A DNA stretch of 64,000 nt, taken from contig NC_086100.1 of the NCBI RefSeq assembly GCF_963921235.1, positions 204,168,001-204,232,000 of the forward strand, in the 5' to 3' direction. The translations under genes and the position numbers were made by a program. This DNA is from Mobula hypostoma (Eukaryota). A model generated the notes under the pieces. The model worked only from the letters and a program-made list of their open reading frames with translations, ran no database searches and was not told where the DNA came from. Positions 12,832-26,020 of the stretch are shown here, piece by piece (position 1 is the first letter of the stretch; every line of letters begins with the position of its first letter).

Positions 12832-15800
12832 ACAACAGGAAATAGAAAAGGCTTATCAGAACGGCAGTGTTATGGTAATTGTGGGGGATTTTAACATGTG
12901 AGTGGATTGGGAAAATCAGGTCGGCACTGGATCTCAAGAGAGAGCATTTGTAGAATGTTTGCGAGATGGCTTTTTAGAACAGCTTGTTGTTGAGCCCACT
13001 AGGGGATCGGCTGTACTGGATTGGATATTCAGTAATGAACCGGAAGTGATTAGAGAGATTGAGGTGAAGGAACCCTTAGGAGGCAGTGATCATAACATGA
13101 TTGAGTTCACTGTGAAATTTGAAAAAGAGAAGCCGAAATCTGATGTGTCGGTGTTTCAGTGGAGTAAAGGAAATCATAGCAGCATGAGAGAGGAACTCGC
13201 CAAAGTTGACTGGAAAGGGACACTGGCGGGAAAGGCAGCACAGCAACAGTGGCTGGAGTGTATCCGAGAAGTGAGGAAGCTGCAAGACAGGTATGTTCCG
13301 GAAAAAAGAAATTTTCGAATGGAAAAACATGCAACCGTGGCTGACAAGAGAAGTCAAAGCCAAAGTTAAAGCAAAGGAGAGGGCATACAAGGAAGCAAAA
13401 ATTAGTGGGAAGACAGAGGACTGGGAAGTTTTTAACAGCTTACAAAAGGAAACTAAGGAGGTCATTAAGAGGGAAAAGGTTAACTATGAAAGGCAGCTAG
13501 CAAATAATATGAAAGAGGATATGAAAAGCTTTTTCAAGTGTATAAAGAGTAAAAGACAGGTGAAAGTAGATATAGGACCGATAGAAAACGATGCTGGAGA
13601 AATTGTAATGGGAGATAAGCCAATGGCGGAGGAACTGAACGAGTATTTTGCATCAGTCTTCACTTAGGAAGATATCAGCAGTATACCGGACTATCAACGG
13701 TGGCAGGGAAGAGAAGTGTGTGCAGTCACAATTACGACAGAGAAAGTAGTCAGGAAGCTGAATAGGCTAAAGGTAGATAAATCTCCCGGACCAGATGGAA
13801 TGCACCCTCGTGTTCTGAAGGAAGTAGCTGTGGAGATTGCAGAGGCATTAGCGATGATCTTTCAAAAGTAGATAGATTCTGCTATGGTTCCGGAGGACTG
13901 GAAGATTGCAAATGTCCCTCCACTATTTAAGAAGGGGGCAAGGAAGCAAAAAGGAAATTATAGACCTGTTAGTTTGACATTGGTGTTTGGGAAGTTGTTG
14001 GAGTCGACTGCCAAGGATGAGGTTACGGAGTAGCTGGGGGCATATGACAAGATAGGCAGAACTCAGCATGGATTCCATAAAGGAAAATCCTGCCTGACAT
14101 AGCTATTACACTTTTTTCAGGAAATTACCAGTAGACTAGACAAGGGAGATGCAGTGGATGTTGTATATTTGGATTTTCAGAAAGCCTTTGACAAGGTGTC
14201 ACACATGAGGCTACTTAACAAGAGCCCATGGAATTACAGGAAAGTTACATACGTGGATAGAGCATTGGCTGATTGGCAGGAAACAGAGAGTGGGAATAAA
14301 GGGATCCTAGGGATCCTATTCTAGTTGGCTGCCGGGTACCAGTGGTGTTCCACAGAGGTCCGTGTTGGGACCGCTTCTTTTTACGTTGTATATCAACGAT
14401 TTAGATTATGGAATAGATGGCTTTGTGGCTAAGTTTGCTGATGATACGAAGATAGATGGAGGGGCCGGTAGTGCTGAGGAAACAGAGAGTCTGCAGAAAG
14501 ACTTGGATAGATTGGAAGAATGGGCAGAGAAGTGGCAAATGAAATACAATGTTGGGAAAGTGTATGGTTATGCACTTTGGCAGAAGAAATAAATGAGCAG
14601 ACTATTATTTAAATGGGGAGAGAATTCAAAGTTCTGAGATGCAACAGGACTTGGGAGTCCTCGTGCAGGATACCCTTAAGGTTAACCTCCAGGTTGAGTC
14701 GGTGGTGAAGAAGGCGAATGCAATGTTGGCATTCATTTCTAGAGGAATAGAGTATAGGAGCAGGGATGTGATGTTGAGGCTCTATAAGACGCTGGTGAGA
14801 CCTCACTTGGAGTACTGTGGGCAGTTTTGGTCTCCTTATTTGAGAAAGGATGTGCTGACGTTGGAGAGGGTACAGAGAAGATTCACTAGAATGATTCCGG
14901 GAATGAGAGGGTTAACATATGAGGAATGTTTGTCTGCTCTTGGACTGTATTCCTTGTAGTTTAGAAGAATGAGGGGAGACCTCATAGAAACATTTCAAAT
15001 GTTGAAAGGCATGGACCGAGTGGATGTGGCAAAGTTGTTTCCCATGATGGGGGAGGCTAGTACGAGAGGGCATCACTTAAGGATTGAAGGGCGCCCATTC
15101 AGAACAGAGATGCGAAGAAATTTTTTTAGTCAGAGGGTGGTGAATCTATGGAATTTGTTGCCATGAGCAGCAGTGGAGGCCAAGTCATTGGGTGCAGTTA
15201 AGGCAGAGGTTGATAGGTATCTGAGTAGGCAGGGCATCAAAGGTTATGGCGAGAAGGTGGGGGAGTGGGACTAAATGGGAGAATGGATCAGCTCATGATA
15301 AAATGGCGAAGCAGACTCGATGGGCCGAATGGCTGACTTCTGCTCCGTTGTCTTATGGTCTAAGTTAATCTGGAAAGAGTACAGTAAAAGTAAATACAAG
15401 GATGTTTGGCAGGACATGAAGACCCGCTTTAGAATGAGTGGTGATGAAGGTTACAAATGTCACTGAAAATGTGTATGGTAAGGTCTTTTATCCAGGGTCT
15501 GGTAGTCCAAAACAAGGACATACGTGTTTAGGGTAAGAGGGAATGATGTAAAAGAACTCGAGACACAGGGTAATGAGTACATAGCACGAGCTGCCAGAAG
15601 AAGTGGCTGAGGAAGGTACAATCGTATCGTTTAAGAAACACCTGGATAAGGATATGGGGTTCGGTGGTGCATGGGCTGAACACAGGAAATGGGAAGTAGC
15701 TGGATGGGCACTGTGTTCAGCGCAGATTGAAGGGATTGTGTCTGCGCTGTATCTCTCTCTGAGACTGTGACTCAGAGAGAGAGATCAATACCACCGTCAA

Positions 15801-16254
15801 TCCATCACATACATTTACGAGCCTCTCTCCACTTTGAATGACTACATTTCTGCCCTTGTTATAACAGGTTGCTGTTTTATCATTAAATAACTACCTGAAG
15901 TTGATATTGCTTGTGGTTTGAGTCAACTGATAAACAGTAGCAGGAAAGTGCAGGGCTTATTTGATTTGCAATGTCAAAAGACGCCCATTTCAAGAAAAGT
16001 TATTTCAAATAAAACTCAGCTGAAATTTCAGAAAATATTTGAAGATACGTTATAGTTTTTGAGCGCTATTAACTTCAACCTTAAGTCTGATAGGCAAGGA
16101 GGGAGCTGACATCTGTCACATAATGTTGCTGTGAATCAGTGTCTGTAGACATAACGGAGGCGCCCTACTTGGCAGTTGAGGAGGTGGGGCCCCTGCACAG
16201 GATCAGAAAAAGCTGCTGACATTTGTAAACATCATGGGCATTCTGTTCCCCTGC

Positions 16255-16560
16255 ATCGAGGGCACATTTGAAATGCAATGTTTTGAGGCAGCACCCATCG
16301 TTAGGATCCCCCATCATAAAGACCAAGTTATCTTTTCGTCATGGAGGAGGCACAGAAGGTTGAAGACACACACTCAGCGTTTCAGGACCAGCTTCTACAT
16401 CAGATTTCTGATTGGATAATGAATACCTACTTACTATTTCCCTCTGTTTGCACTACTTCGTTATTTATTGTTCCATATACTTACCATGATTCATAGTTCT
16501 TTTTCTTATGTTGTATTGCAATCTACTGCCACAAAACAGCAAATTGCAAGATATATACGG
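16255..16560 (+). mobile_element. Old Rex1-like LINE 3' fragment
   Basis: Encodes RRHRRLKTHTQRFRTSF, a typical Rex1 C-terminus, followed by an AT-rich UTR. Confidence 0.55.
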
Positions 16561-17317
16561 ATTCTGTATCACTCCAGTTTTCATGTAGAGAGAATGATTT
16601 AGTGACAGTACAATGCAGTATTAAAATCACTCTTCTGGCAAAGTAATGCCAAAAGAAAAACAACAACAGTAAAACACTACTGGGAACAAACATGCGGAGT
16701 TCCTTGAGATTCCAAACCATGTCATACCAACACAAGTGGGCCACTCAGCCCTCTGAGTCCATGCTATCTTCCAGCAGTGTGATCACCTCCATCCCACTCC
16801 CACAGACCGGGCATGCTTCCGATGTGTCCAGTGCTGCAGAGTGGTACAAGGTTTACTACAGTCACATGTACCATGGTACATGTCTTCTCTTGCATACTGT
16901 TTACACAGATCAATCATTACACAGTACATTGGGCTGGAATAAGGTAAAACAGTAACAATGAAGAATAAAGTGTGACAGCTACCAAAAAAAAAGCACAGCA
17001 CAGGCAAACACTCCAGGGAGATTGTAAAGGCAAGATTCCATCTCATCGGACAAGAGGTCCATTAACAATGAGATGGAACCTGTCCTGATGCCTGTTGGTA
17101 GGTGCTTTCACGCTTTGTATTGTTTGTCCAAGGGGAAGGGTAGCAGAAGAGAAGAGAGAATGTCCATTGTGGGTGGGGTTTTGATTATGCTGGCTGCTTT
17201 ATCGCTGGGTGTGTTCACCACTGGTCCTCTGTCCATCAGGGAGGATTAACTGAAAAGTTAGTTTCTTTTACCGGTTTATTTGGATTTAACAGAATTTTAT
17301 GAAAAAGAGAATGCAAA

Positions 17318-17592
17318 CGCTGGAGATGCTGGAAATATTAGATTTTTAGGAAAGGAAATCCCAGTAAACTCTCAAGCGGTCAGGTAGCCTCAGTGGAGCA
17401 AGAAATGATTCAAATGGAAATCCTCTGTCAGAATTGGTTGAAGAATTCTATCCCTCTCCAGTGATGGTTCATTTCACATTCAAGTGTCGCATTGTTGCTC
17501 TCCCGCCTCCCCGTCCCTCATTGGGATGTCAACCGCTGTTTCTCCTTTCACAGACGCTGCCTGACCTGCTGAGTGTTTCCAGCGTTTTCTGG
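17318..17592. mobile_element. Old Penelope-tail-derived palindromic element
   Basis: Left GATGCTGGAAAT...CAAGCGGTCAGGTAGC, right GCTGCCTGACCTGCTGAGTGTTTCCAGCG; related to the hairpin at 47502-47685. Confidence 0.55.
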
Positions 17593-18175
17593 CAATACTC
17601 CTGAACGCTGTGTTCCTTGAAACTCTGTAAACACTCCAAGATTAGTTTGTTTGGTTTGTCCAGCAACTGTATTTTATTCCCACGGGGGTGGTTTCCTTAA
17701 CTTCGTGAAGTTACATTCGTACTGCTCAGGGTTCTGTGTTCTGAGAAACCTTTCTACTTCTCAGAACTTTAGAGGCTTCATTTTCCAATAGTCCATGATG
17801 CTAAATGAAGCTGCACTGTGAAGACCGGCTTTGAACGATCCTGCTTACAAGCCTGGGCACGGTATGCCCCTCGGTTATTGGGGTAGATAAACAGACAAGG
17901 CTCTCCGTTATTTTAACCGACATGTTCTTCCTGTTCTTCAGTCACCAAAGCTCTGGCAAACATGGCATGGAACATTATTTGTTGCAGACTTAAATTAACA
18001 ATTGAGACAAATTGTCTACTAAATAATGCCATCACGCTATTCATTATTTATGTTACTCTGCTCCAGATTCACTGACCCTGATGACCATAGTAGACAGAAC
18101 GGCATAGCGTGACAATTGAAAAATAAAAATTGCTTAGGAGGTCGACTGGAGTGGAATATAGATGGAAACTTTTAC

Positions 18176-18428
18176 TTCTCTCGTACAGTGACCTTTGCAG
18201 AAAGCTGCTGTTTTCCTTGGTTTCTTTGTTATAAACCTGACAAGTATAATTTCCACCGTCAACCTTCCTTAATAACTTGATGGTGTAGTCCTGTCCTGTG
18301 TGCAGATCATTTGTACTATCTATATTCAGCACTGGGAACTGACTGGGCAGAACAACTTAATGTCAGAGTTGTAACAGTTTCTGCTACAGCTGGGCCCCGT
18401 GGCTGAATCCTGATCTTGTCTGGTCCAT
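18176..18428 (-). pseudogene. CEACAM-like IgC (B-type) exon, disabled
   Basis: GPDKIRIQP..TLTLSCSAQSVPSAEYR* then, after a frameshift, DYTIKLLRKVDGGNYTCQVYN. Core Trp replaced by TAG; acceptor reads GG instead of AG. Confidence 0.85.
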
Positions 18429-18513
18429 CCAGATGAAATTGGAAAAAAAATTCTTTTTTTCTGATAACCGACATTGAATGCAAACTAATGTAATGAGCTA
18501 CCTGCACACGTAT

Positions 18514-18785
18514 AATTAACTTGTAGCTAGACCTCTGCACTGCCGCTGTTGTAATCATTGCTTACAATACTTTTATACCTTCCTGCGTCATTTCTGCGAA
18601 CACAGGGTATGGTCAGATTCGCTTTATCTGAAGACAGAGATATTCTGCCATTATCCTGGATGGGTCTGTTGTCTTTAAACCATGTCCTCTCTGAGCTGTG
18701 GCCTTGGTATCACAAATGAGTACAGCTGAATTGTTTTCCACAGGATTTGAGCTGACGATGGTTACACTGACATGAGACATGAGCT
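18514..18785 (-). pseudogene. CEACAM-like IgC (A-type) exon, disabled
   Basis: ELMSHVSVTIVSSNPVENNSAVLICD, -1 frameshift, TWFKDNRPIQDNGRISLSSDKANLTIPCVRRNDAGRYKSIVSN..V*LQVN. Second Cys changed to Ser, stop at 18527-18529, donor reads AT. Length 272 (273-1). Confidence 0.88.
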
Positions 18786-19005
18786 CTGTAAATAGGAGTA
18801 AGAGGGGAATGAAAGAATCCTTTCTACTAGGAAAGAACACTGAGGCTGTCTACAAGAAGGGTCAGAGCCGTCTCTATTTCCTGAGGAGACTGAGGTCCTT
18901 TAACATCTAACAACAGGAATTCTGCAGATGCTGGAAATTCAAGCAACATACATTAAAGTTGCTGGTGAACGCAGCAGGCCAAGCAGCATCTATAGGAAGA
19001 GGCGC

Positions 19006-19041
19006 AGTCGACGTTTCAGGCCGAGACCCTTCGTCAGGACT
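19006..19041 (-). ncRNA. Minimal type I hammerhead ribozyme motif
   Basis: Minus strand AGTC-CTGACGA-AGGGTCTCGGCCT-GAAAC-GTC-GACT: CUGANGA core, stem II, GAAA, GUC cleavage triplet, stem I AGTC/GACT. Confidence 0.85.
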
Positions 19042-20833
19042 AACTGAAGGAAGAGTGAGTAAGGGATTTGAAAGCTGGAGGGGGAGGGGGAGATGCAAAA
19101 TGATAGGAGAAGACAGGAGGGGGAGGGATAGAGCCAAGAGCTGGACAGATGATAGGCAAAAGGGGATACGAGAGGATCATGGGACAGGAGGTCCGGGAAG
19201 AAAGACAAGGGGGGGGGTGACCCAGAGGATGGGCAAGAGGTATATTCAGAGGGACAGAGGGAGAAAAAGGAGAGTGAGAGAAAGAATGTGTGAATAAAAA
19301 GGTGTAACAGATGGGGTACGAGGGGGAGGTGGGGCCTTAGCGGAAGTTAGAGAAGTCAATGTTCATGCCATCAGGTTGGAGGCTACCCAGACGGAATATA
19401 AGGTGTTGTTCCTCCAACTTGAGTGTGGCTTCATCTTTACAGTAGAGGAGGCCATGGATAGACATGTCAGAATGGGAATGGGATGTGGAATTAAAACGTG
19501 TGGCCACTGGGAGATCCTGCTTTCTCTGCCGGACAGAGCGTAGATGTTCAGCAAAGCGGTCTCCCAGTCTGCGTCGGGTCTCACCAATATATAAAAGGCC
19601 ACATCGGGAGCACCGGACGCAGTATATCACCCCAGTCGACTCACAGGTGAAGTGATGCCTCACCTGGAAGGACTGTTTGGGGCCCTGAATGGTGGTAAGG
19701 GAGGAAGTGTAAGGGCATGTGTAGCACTTGTTCCGCTTACATGGATAAGTGCCAGGAGGGAGATCAGTGGGGAGGGATGGGGGGGACGAATGGACAAGGG
19801 AGTTGTGTAGGGAGCGATCCCTGCGGAATGCAGAGAGAGGGGGGGAGGGAAAGATGTGCTTAGTGGTGGGATCCCGTTGGAGGTGGCGGAAGTTACGGAG
19901 AATAATATGTTGGACCCGGAGGCTGGTGGGGTGATAGGTGAGGACCAGGGGAACCCTATTCCTAGTGGGGTGGTGGGAGGATGGAGTGAGAGCAGATGTA
20001 CATGAAATGGGGGAGATGCTTTTAAGAGCAGAGTTGATAGTGGAGGAAGAGAAGCCCCTTTCTTTAAAACAGGAAGACATCTCCCTCGTCCTAGAATGAA
20101 AAGCCTCATCCTGAGAGCAGATGCGGCGGAGACGGAGGAATTGCGAGAAGGGGATGGCGTTTTTGCAAGAGACAGGGTGAGAAGAGGAATAGTCCAGATA
20201 GCTGTGAGAGTCAGTAGGCTTATAGTAGACATCAGTGGATAAGCTGTCTCCAGAGACAGAGACAGAAAGATCTAGAAAGGGGAGGGAGGTGTCGGAAATG
20301 GACCAGGTAAACTTGAGGGCAGGGTGAAAGTTGGAGGCAAAGTTATTAAAGTCAACGAGTTCTGCATGCGTGCAGGAAGCAGCGCCAATGCAGTCGTCGA
20401 TGTAGCGAAGGAAAAGTGGGGGACAGATACCAGAATAGGCACGGAACATAGATTGTTCCACAAACCCAACAAAAAGGCAGGCATAGCTAGGACCCATACG
20501 GGTGCCCATAGCTACACCTTTAGTTTGGAGGAAATGGGAGGAGCAAAAGGAGAAATTATTAAGAGTAAGGACTAATTCCGCTAGACGGAGCAGAGTGGTG
20601 GTAGAGGGGAACTGATTAGGTCTGGACTATATACCTCTTGCCCATCCTCTGGGTCACCCCCCCCCCTTGTCTTTCTTCCCGGACCTCCTGTCCCATGATC
20701 CTCTCGTATCCCCTTTTGCCTATCACCTGTCCAGCTCTCGGCTCTATCCCTCCCCCTCCTGTCTTCTCCTATCATTTTGCATCTCCCCCTTCCCCTCCAG
20801 CTTTCAAATCCCTTACTCACTCTTCCTTCAGTT

Positions 20834-20869
20834 AGTCCTGACGAAGGGTCTCAGCCTGAAACGTCGACT
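20834..20869 (+). ncRNA. Minimal type I hammerhead ribozyme motif
   Basis: AGTC-CTGACGA-AGGGTCTCAGCCT-GAAAC-GTC-GACT in the inverted arm. Confidence 0.85.
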
Positions 20870-21519
20870 GCGCCTCTTCCTATAGATGCTGCTTGGCCTG
20901 CTGCGTTCACCAGCAACTTTGATGTATGTTCCTTTAACATCTGCCGGACGATGCTGAGGATGTTCTATGAGTCTGTGGTGGTCAGTGCTGTCATGTTTGC
21001 TGTCGTGTGCTGGGACAGCAGGCTGAGGGTAGCAGACACCAACAGAATCAACAAAATCATCTGTAAGGCCAGTGATGTTGTGGGGATGGAACTGGACTCT
21101 CTCACGGTGGTGTCTGAAAAGAGGATGCTGTCCAAGTTGCATGCCATCTTGGTCAATGTCTCCCATCTACTACATAATGTACTGGTTGGGCACAGGAGTA
21201 CATTCAGCCAGAGACTCATTCCACCGAGATGCAGCACAGAGCATCATAGGAAGTCATTCCTGCCTGTGGCCATCAAACTTTACAACTCCTCCCTTGGAGG
21301 GTCAGACACCCTGAGCCAATAGGCTGGTCATGGACTTATTTCATAATTTACTGGCATAATTTTACATATTACTATTTAACTATCATGGTTCTATTACTAT
21401 TTATTATTTATGGTGCAACAGTAATGAAAACCAATTTCCCCTGGGATCAATAAAGTATGACTATGACAATCATATCAGCTGGGGCTCTGTGCACCAAGTT
21501 AAGATTGGCAAATGAACTG

Positions 21520-22420
21520 GAGATTATGAGCAGGAGGGCACGTCCATTGATGTGCCCATTGTTATGTCTCAATTATATCAATGACTTCAATCATAATATG
21601 GATCCTGGATTAGCAAAGCTACAGGTAATACCAATATTGGGTGTGGTAGACTGTGTGGAAGACTATCCAATCTTGCAGCGAGATCCGGCCGGGCTGAAAA
21701 CCTGTTGGATGTAATTTAATGCAGGCAAGCGTGCGTCGTTGCACTTTGGGAGGGAGAAGCAGCGTTACCTCGTGCACAGCAGGACATTGAGGAGTAAGGC
21801 AGAAAAGAGGGCTCTGGGAATTCTGATCTATGTTTCTTTGTAAGTAGGATCACAGGTAAGCAGGGTCATAAATCAAAGTATTGAGTAGAGAAGTTGGGAT
21901 GTTATGTTGAAGTTGTCTTCTACATTTGTGACCAAATTTGGAGTATTACCTTCAGTCCTGGTCACTGACAGACAGTGAATGATATTATTAACAATGAAAG
22001 AGTACTGAAAAAGTTTACAAGGCTGCTGGACCTGTGTTATAAGGAAAGGCCAAAGAGGTTGAAAGGTGTGGAACGTGGGAGGTGAGGGGAGATGTGATAA
22101 TGGTATGGAAAATATGAGGTGCATTGATCAAGAAATCAAGCAGTGTTTTTTTCCTCACTGAGGTTGGGTGAGACCAGAACTCGGTCATAGGTTAAGTGTG
22201 AGAGGTGAGATTTTTAAGGGGAACATCTTCTTTTATAGGGTGACGCGAGTGCTGAACGAGCAGCTAACGGTGGTGCCGGTTCGATTTCAACATTTAAGGA
22301 AATTTTGGATAAGCACAATAATGATTGGGGGTTGAGAGTTGTGGTCTGGGTGCAGGCCGCTGGGGACCAGGCTGAACAATAGTTGTGCAAGTCCTTTTGC
22401 TGTTCTGTGGTATCGTTGAC
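21520..22420 (+). mobile_element. Old CR1 LINE 3' fragment
   Basis: Decayed RT/C-terminal motifs, colinear with 4700-5670. Confidence 0.7.
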
Positions 22421-24966
22421 TATGTGATGCTACATAGGAGTAACTGAATTCCCCAGCATGGTTCATACATCACTGACCACAGGGCTTTTTCTCCTGTTTC
22501 TCTGATGCATTGTGAAATCTTTGTTCTACGTCAGAATGACAATCAGACAAATGGATCTCTGACTACAATTCGCAGCATTCGCCCGAGCCCACCTTCTTTG
22601 TGTTCATTTTGAAGCTTAGTGAATAGGATCCTGTACTGTCAGCGACCATACAGTATTCAATATTCCTATAAGGGTGATCTGTGCAAGGAGAACAATCTCA
22701 ATCTCACATTCTTGTTCTGAAATTGTCTGGTCCAGAGGCCATGTCAGACGGTTAGCACTCTCTCCAATGCTACCAAATTATTCCTGTTGTATGGCAGCCA
22801 GAACTGTGCAGCCTGCTGTAGCCATTACCTTAACAGATATACTGAGCCAAACCTGACACAATTTAGCCCACCTGGCTCCAATCCAATCCCTGGGGTTAAG
22901 ATGCAATATGCCAACAGAGTGTTACAAAGTTAACTACATACGTTGCTTTTTAACTTCAGATTAGTCACCTCCGAAGGAAAATAATCCAATCTTGCAGGCG
23001 GGAGGAGGAGATAACAGCGCGCCGTGCGTGCGCAGCTCTCCGGTGAAAATGATATCGTGTCTGTTAAATAGGGGTCGTGGACAATTCTGATTTGATGGAG
23101 ACAGACGTGAAAGCACAGAGGAACATCTGGAGAAATTTCTGAAACGCCGGTTCGCTGCCGCTGCTACTGGGTGATCGAGAATCTTCCAGAGGGAAGGCCT
23201 CAAAATCCCCGGCTTTGCCAGCTGCTGGCAAACAAGGCTGAGGTCGAATCGCTCGGATAGAGATGATGCTCGGTACTCGGTGTCGGAGGGCTGATCAGAG
23301 GCTCGAAGTTTTCAGACGACTTAACAGCGGCCAGAGCGTGAGTGGGCCAGTGAAGGAGTGGAGCTTTGAGGCTTTGACTCGAGAGATTCTGGCAGTTTTG
23401 GCAGTTGGTCTGTGCAATCAATTCAATCAAGATTTGAATAGATCAGCAGAAAGCTGTTGATTAGACAATCAAGATTTGAATAGCTCAGACTCAACAGAAA
23501 GCAGCTGATTGGGCAGTCGAGGTCAGGTGACCAAACATTTTGAAAGATCAAACAGATAAATAGAGGGATAGCTCAAGCGAAGCAGCCTGTGGAAACTGGC
23601 CAGTGAGTGAGTGGGCCAGTGAAGGAGTGGAGCTTTGAGGCTTTGACTCAAGAAGCTTCGACAAGAGGAGGCGGAGGACAAGCTAGCTCGCAGTTAGTTT
23701 TTACAATGTCTCCTGAGATGGTGATGTGCCTCTCGTGTGAGATGTGGCAGTCTTGGGGGAACTCCCCTCTCCCGCAGAGCCACATCTGCCAGAAGTGCAT
23801 ACAGCTGGGCGATCTGGAAGACCGTGTAAGGAATCTGGAGCAGCAGCTGGATGACCTTCGACTCATAAGAGAGAATGAGGCAGTCATAGATGAGAGCTAC
23901 AGGGAGGTAGTCACACCTAGGCTGTCAGAGGGGGGAAAGCGAAGGTGAGCACACAGGTAGTGGCAGAGCACCCCTGTAGCCATTGCCCTGAATAATAAGT
24001 TTACCGTCCTGGATACTGTTGGCGGGGACGACCGACCAGGTGTGAGCCACGGTGGCAGGGCCTCCGGCACTGAGTCTAACCCTGTGGTGCAGAAGGGTGG
24101 GACGGAGAAGAGGAGAGCTGTCGTCATTGGAGACTCTATAGTCAGGGGAGCAGACAGGAGATTTTGTGGACGTGAGAAGGACACCCACATGGTTTGTTGC
24201 CTCCCGGGTGCCAGGGTCCGGGATGTCTCTGACCGGGTGCACGACATCCTGGTATGACAGGGAAAGCAACCAGAAGGCGGATGAGTTGAGGGCATGGATT
24301 GACACGTGGAATTATGACGTTATAGCAATTAGTGAAACTTGGCTACAGGAGGGGCAGGACTGGCAGCTTAATATTCCAGGGTTCCGATGTTTCAGATGAG
24401 ATCAAGGCAGAGGAATGAAAGGTGGGGGAGTAGCAGTGCTTGTTAGGGAAAATATTACAGCAGTGCTTAGGCAGGACAGATTAGAGGGCTTGTCTACTGA
24501 GTCCTTATGGGTGGAGCTGAGAAACAGGAAAGGTATGGCCACATTAGTGGGATTGTATTACAGTCCACCCAATAGTCAACGAGTATTGGAAGAGCAAATC
24601 TGCAGGGAAATAGCAAGCAACTGCAGGAAACATAAAGTTGTGGTGGTAAGGGATTTTAATTTTCCACACATTGATTGGGACTCCTATACTGTTAGGGGTC
24701 CAGATGGTTTAGAGTTTGTAAAATCTGTTCAGTAAACTTTTCTAAATCAATATGCAGAGGGACCAACTAGAGGGGATGCAATATTGGATCTCCTGTTAGG
24801 AAACGAGTTAGGATAAGTGACAGAAGTCTGTGTAGGGGAGCCTTTTGGTTCCAGTGATCATAACACCATTAGTTTCAACTTGATCATTGGCAAGGATAGA
24901 TCTGGTCCTAGGGTTGAGGTTCTTAACAGGAAGAAGGCCAAATTTGAAGAAATGAGAAAGGATCTA

Positions 24967-25703
24967 CACTTCACCTGTGAGTTGGCTGGGGTGATATACT
25001 GCGTCCAGTGCTCCCGATGTGGCCTTTTATATATTGGCAAGACCTGACGCAGACTGGGAGACTGCTATGCTGAACATCTACGCTCTGTCCGCCAGAGAAA
25101 GCAGGATCTCCCAGTGGCCACACATTTTAATTCCACATCCCATTCCCATTCTGACACGTCTATCCACTGCCTCCTCTACTGTAAAGATGAAGCCACACTC
25201 AGGTTGGAGGAACAACACCTTATATTCCGTCTGGGTAGCCACCAACCTGATGGCATGAACATCGACTTCTCTAACTTCCGCTAATGCCCCACCTCCCCCT
25301 CATACCCCATCTGTCACTTATTTTTATACACACATTCTTTCTCTCACTCTCCTTTTTCTCCCTCTGTCCCTCTGACTATACCCCTTGCCCATCCTCTGGG
25401 TGCCCCCCCCGCCCTGTCTTTCTTCCCAGACCTCCTGTCCCATGATCCTCTCGTATCCCTTTTGCCTATCACCTATCCAGCTCTTGGCTCCATCCCTCCC
25501 CCTCCTATCATTTTGGATCTCCCCCTCCCCTTCCAACTTTCAAATCCCTTACTCACTCTTCCTTCAGTTAGTCCTGACGAAGGGTCTCGGCCTGAAACAT
25601 CGACTGCACCTCTTCCTAGAGATGCTGCCTGGCCTGCTGCGTTCACCAGCAACTTTTATGTGTGTAGCTTGAATTTCCAGCATCTGCAGAATTCCTGTTG
25701 TTT
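24967..25703 (+). mobile_element. Penelope-like 3' fragment (GIY-YIG + tail) nested in CR1
   Basis: HFTCELAGVIYCVQCSRCGLLYIG; TSD AAGGATCTA (24958-24966, 25704-25712). Confidence 0.93.
25570..25605 (+). ncRNA. Hammerhead ribozyme motif (variant, AUC triplet)
   Basis: AGTC-CTGACGA-AGGGTCTCGGCCT-GAAAC-ATC-GACT; the G>A change breaks the stem III palindrome. Confidence 0.7.
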
Positions 25704-26020
25704 AAGGATCTAAAAAGCGTGGATTGGGACAGGTTGTTCTCTGGCAAGGATGTGATCGGTAGGTGGGAAGCCTTCAAAGGAGAAATTTTGAGCGTGCAGA
25801 ATTTGTATGTTCCTGTCAGGATTAAAGGCAAAGTGAATAGGAATAAGGAACCTTGGTTCTCAAGGGATATTGCAACTCTGATAAAGCAGAAGAAGGAGTT
25901 GTATGACATGTATAGGAAGCAGGGAGTAAATAAGGTGCTCTTGAAGATCAGAGTGGTCAGCTATGTGCAGAACCAAAAGAAATGAGGGAGATCTTAAATG
26001 GGATTTTTGCATCTGTATTT

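Larger units (their letters stand above)
11070..15362 (+). mobile_element. Long CR1 LINE (ORF1 SGNH esterase + disrupted ORF2), interrupted at 12271-12831
   Basis: ORF 11178-11714 has DSIVRG / HVGTND / LHLN esterase blocks. ORF2 pieces have YLNA, AITETWL, GSDHN, KFADD, LVRPHLEYC. Several stops and frameshifts. Confidence 0.92.
18909..20929 (-). mobile_element. 5'-truncated Penelope-like element with inverted pseudo-LTR
   Basis: ORF 19337-20509: MGTRMGPSYA, RYIDD, GIY-YIG-type GVIYCVRC..LLYIGET. About 300-bp inverted arms 18945-19245 / 20629-20930. 13-bp TSD TCCTTTAACATCT (18896-18908, 20930-20942). Confidence 0.95.
18832..21468 (+). mobile_element. Rex1/Babar LINE 3' part, split by a Penelope insertion
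   Basis: 18832-18908 and 20930-21468 are contiguous in the sister copy at 6284-6879; same AATAAA/(TATGAC)n end. Confidence 0.9.
23322..26020 (+). mobile_element. CR1 LINE 5' part (5' UTR, ORF1 zinc finger/coiled coil/esterase, ORF2 endonuclease) with internal deletions
   Basis: CLSCEM..HICQKC..LEDRVRNLEQQL; AVVIGDSIVRG; AISETWL. Same family as 3101-5702. 43-bp direct repeat in the UTR (23338-23380, 23607-23649). Confidence 0.9.

Noticed and set aside
20777..21322. 181-aa ORF
   Set aside because: Chimera of Penelope tail and Rex1 C-terminus across the insertion junction.
22520..22860. Possible additional degenerate Ig exon (minus strand)
   Set aside because: An acceptor-like site and weak motifs exist, but there is no consistent Ig core and part resembles CR1 (QFWLPY..LERV).
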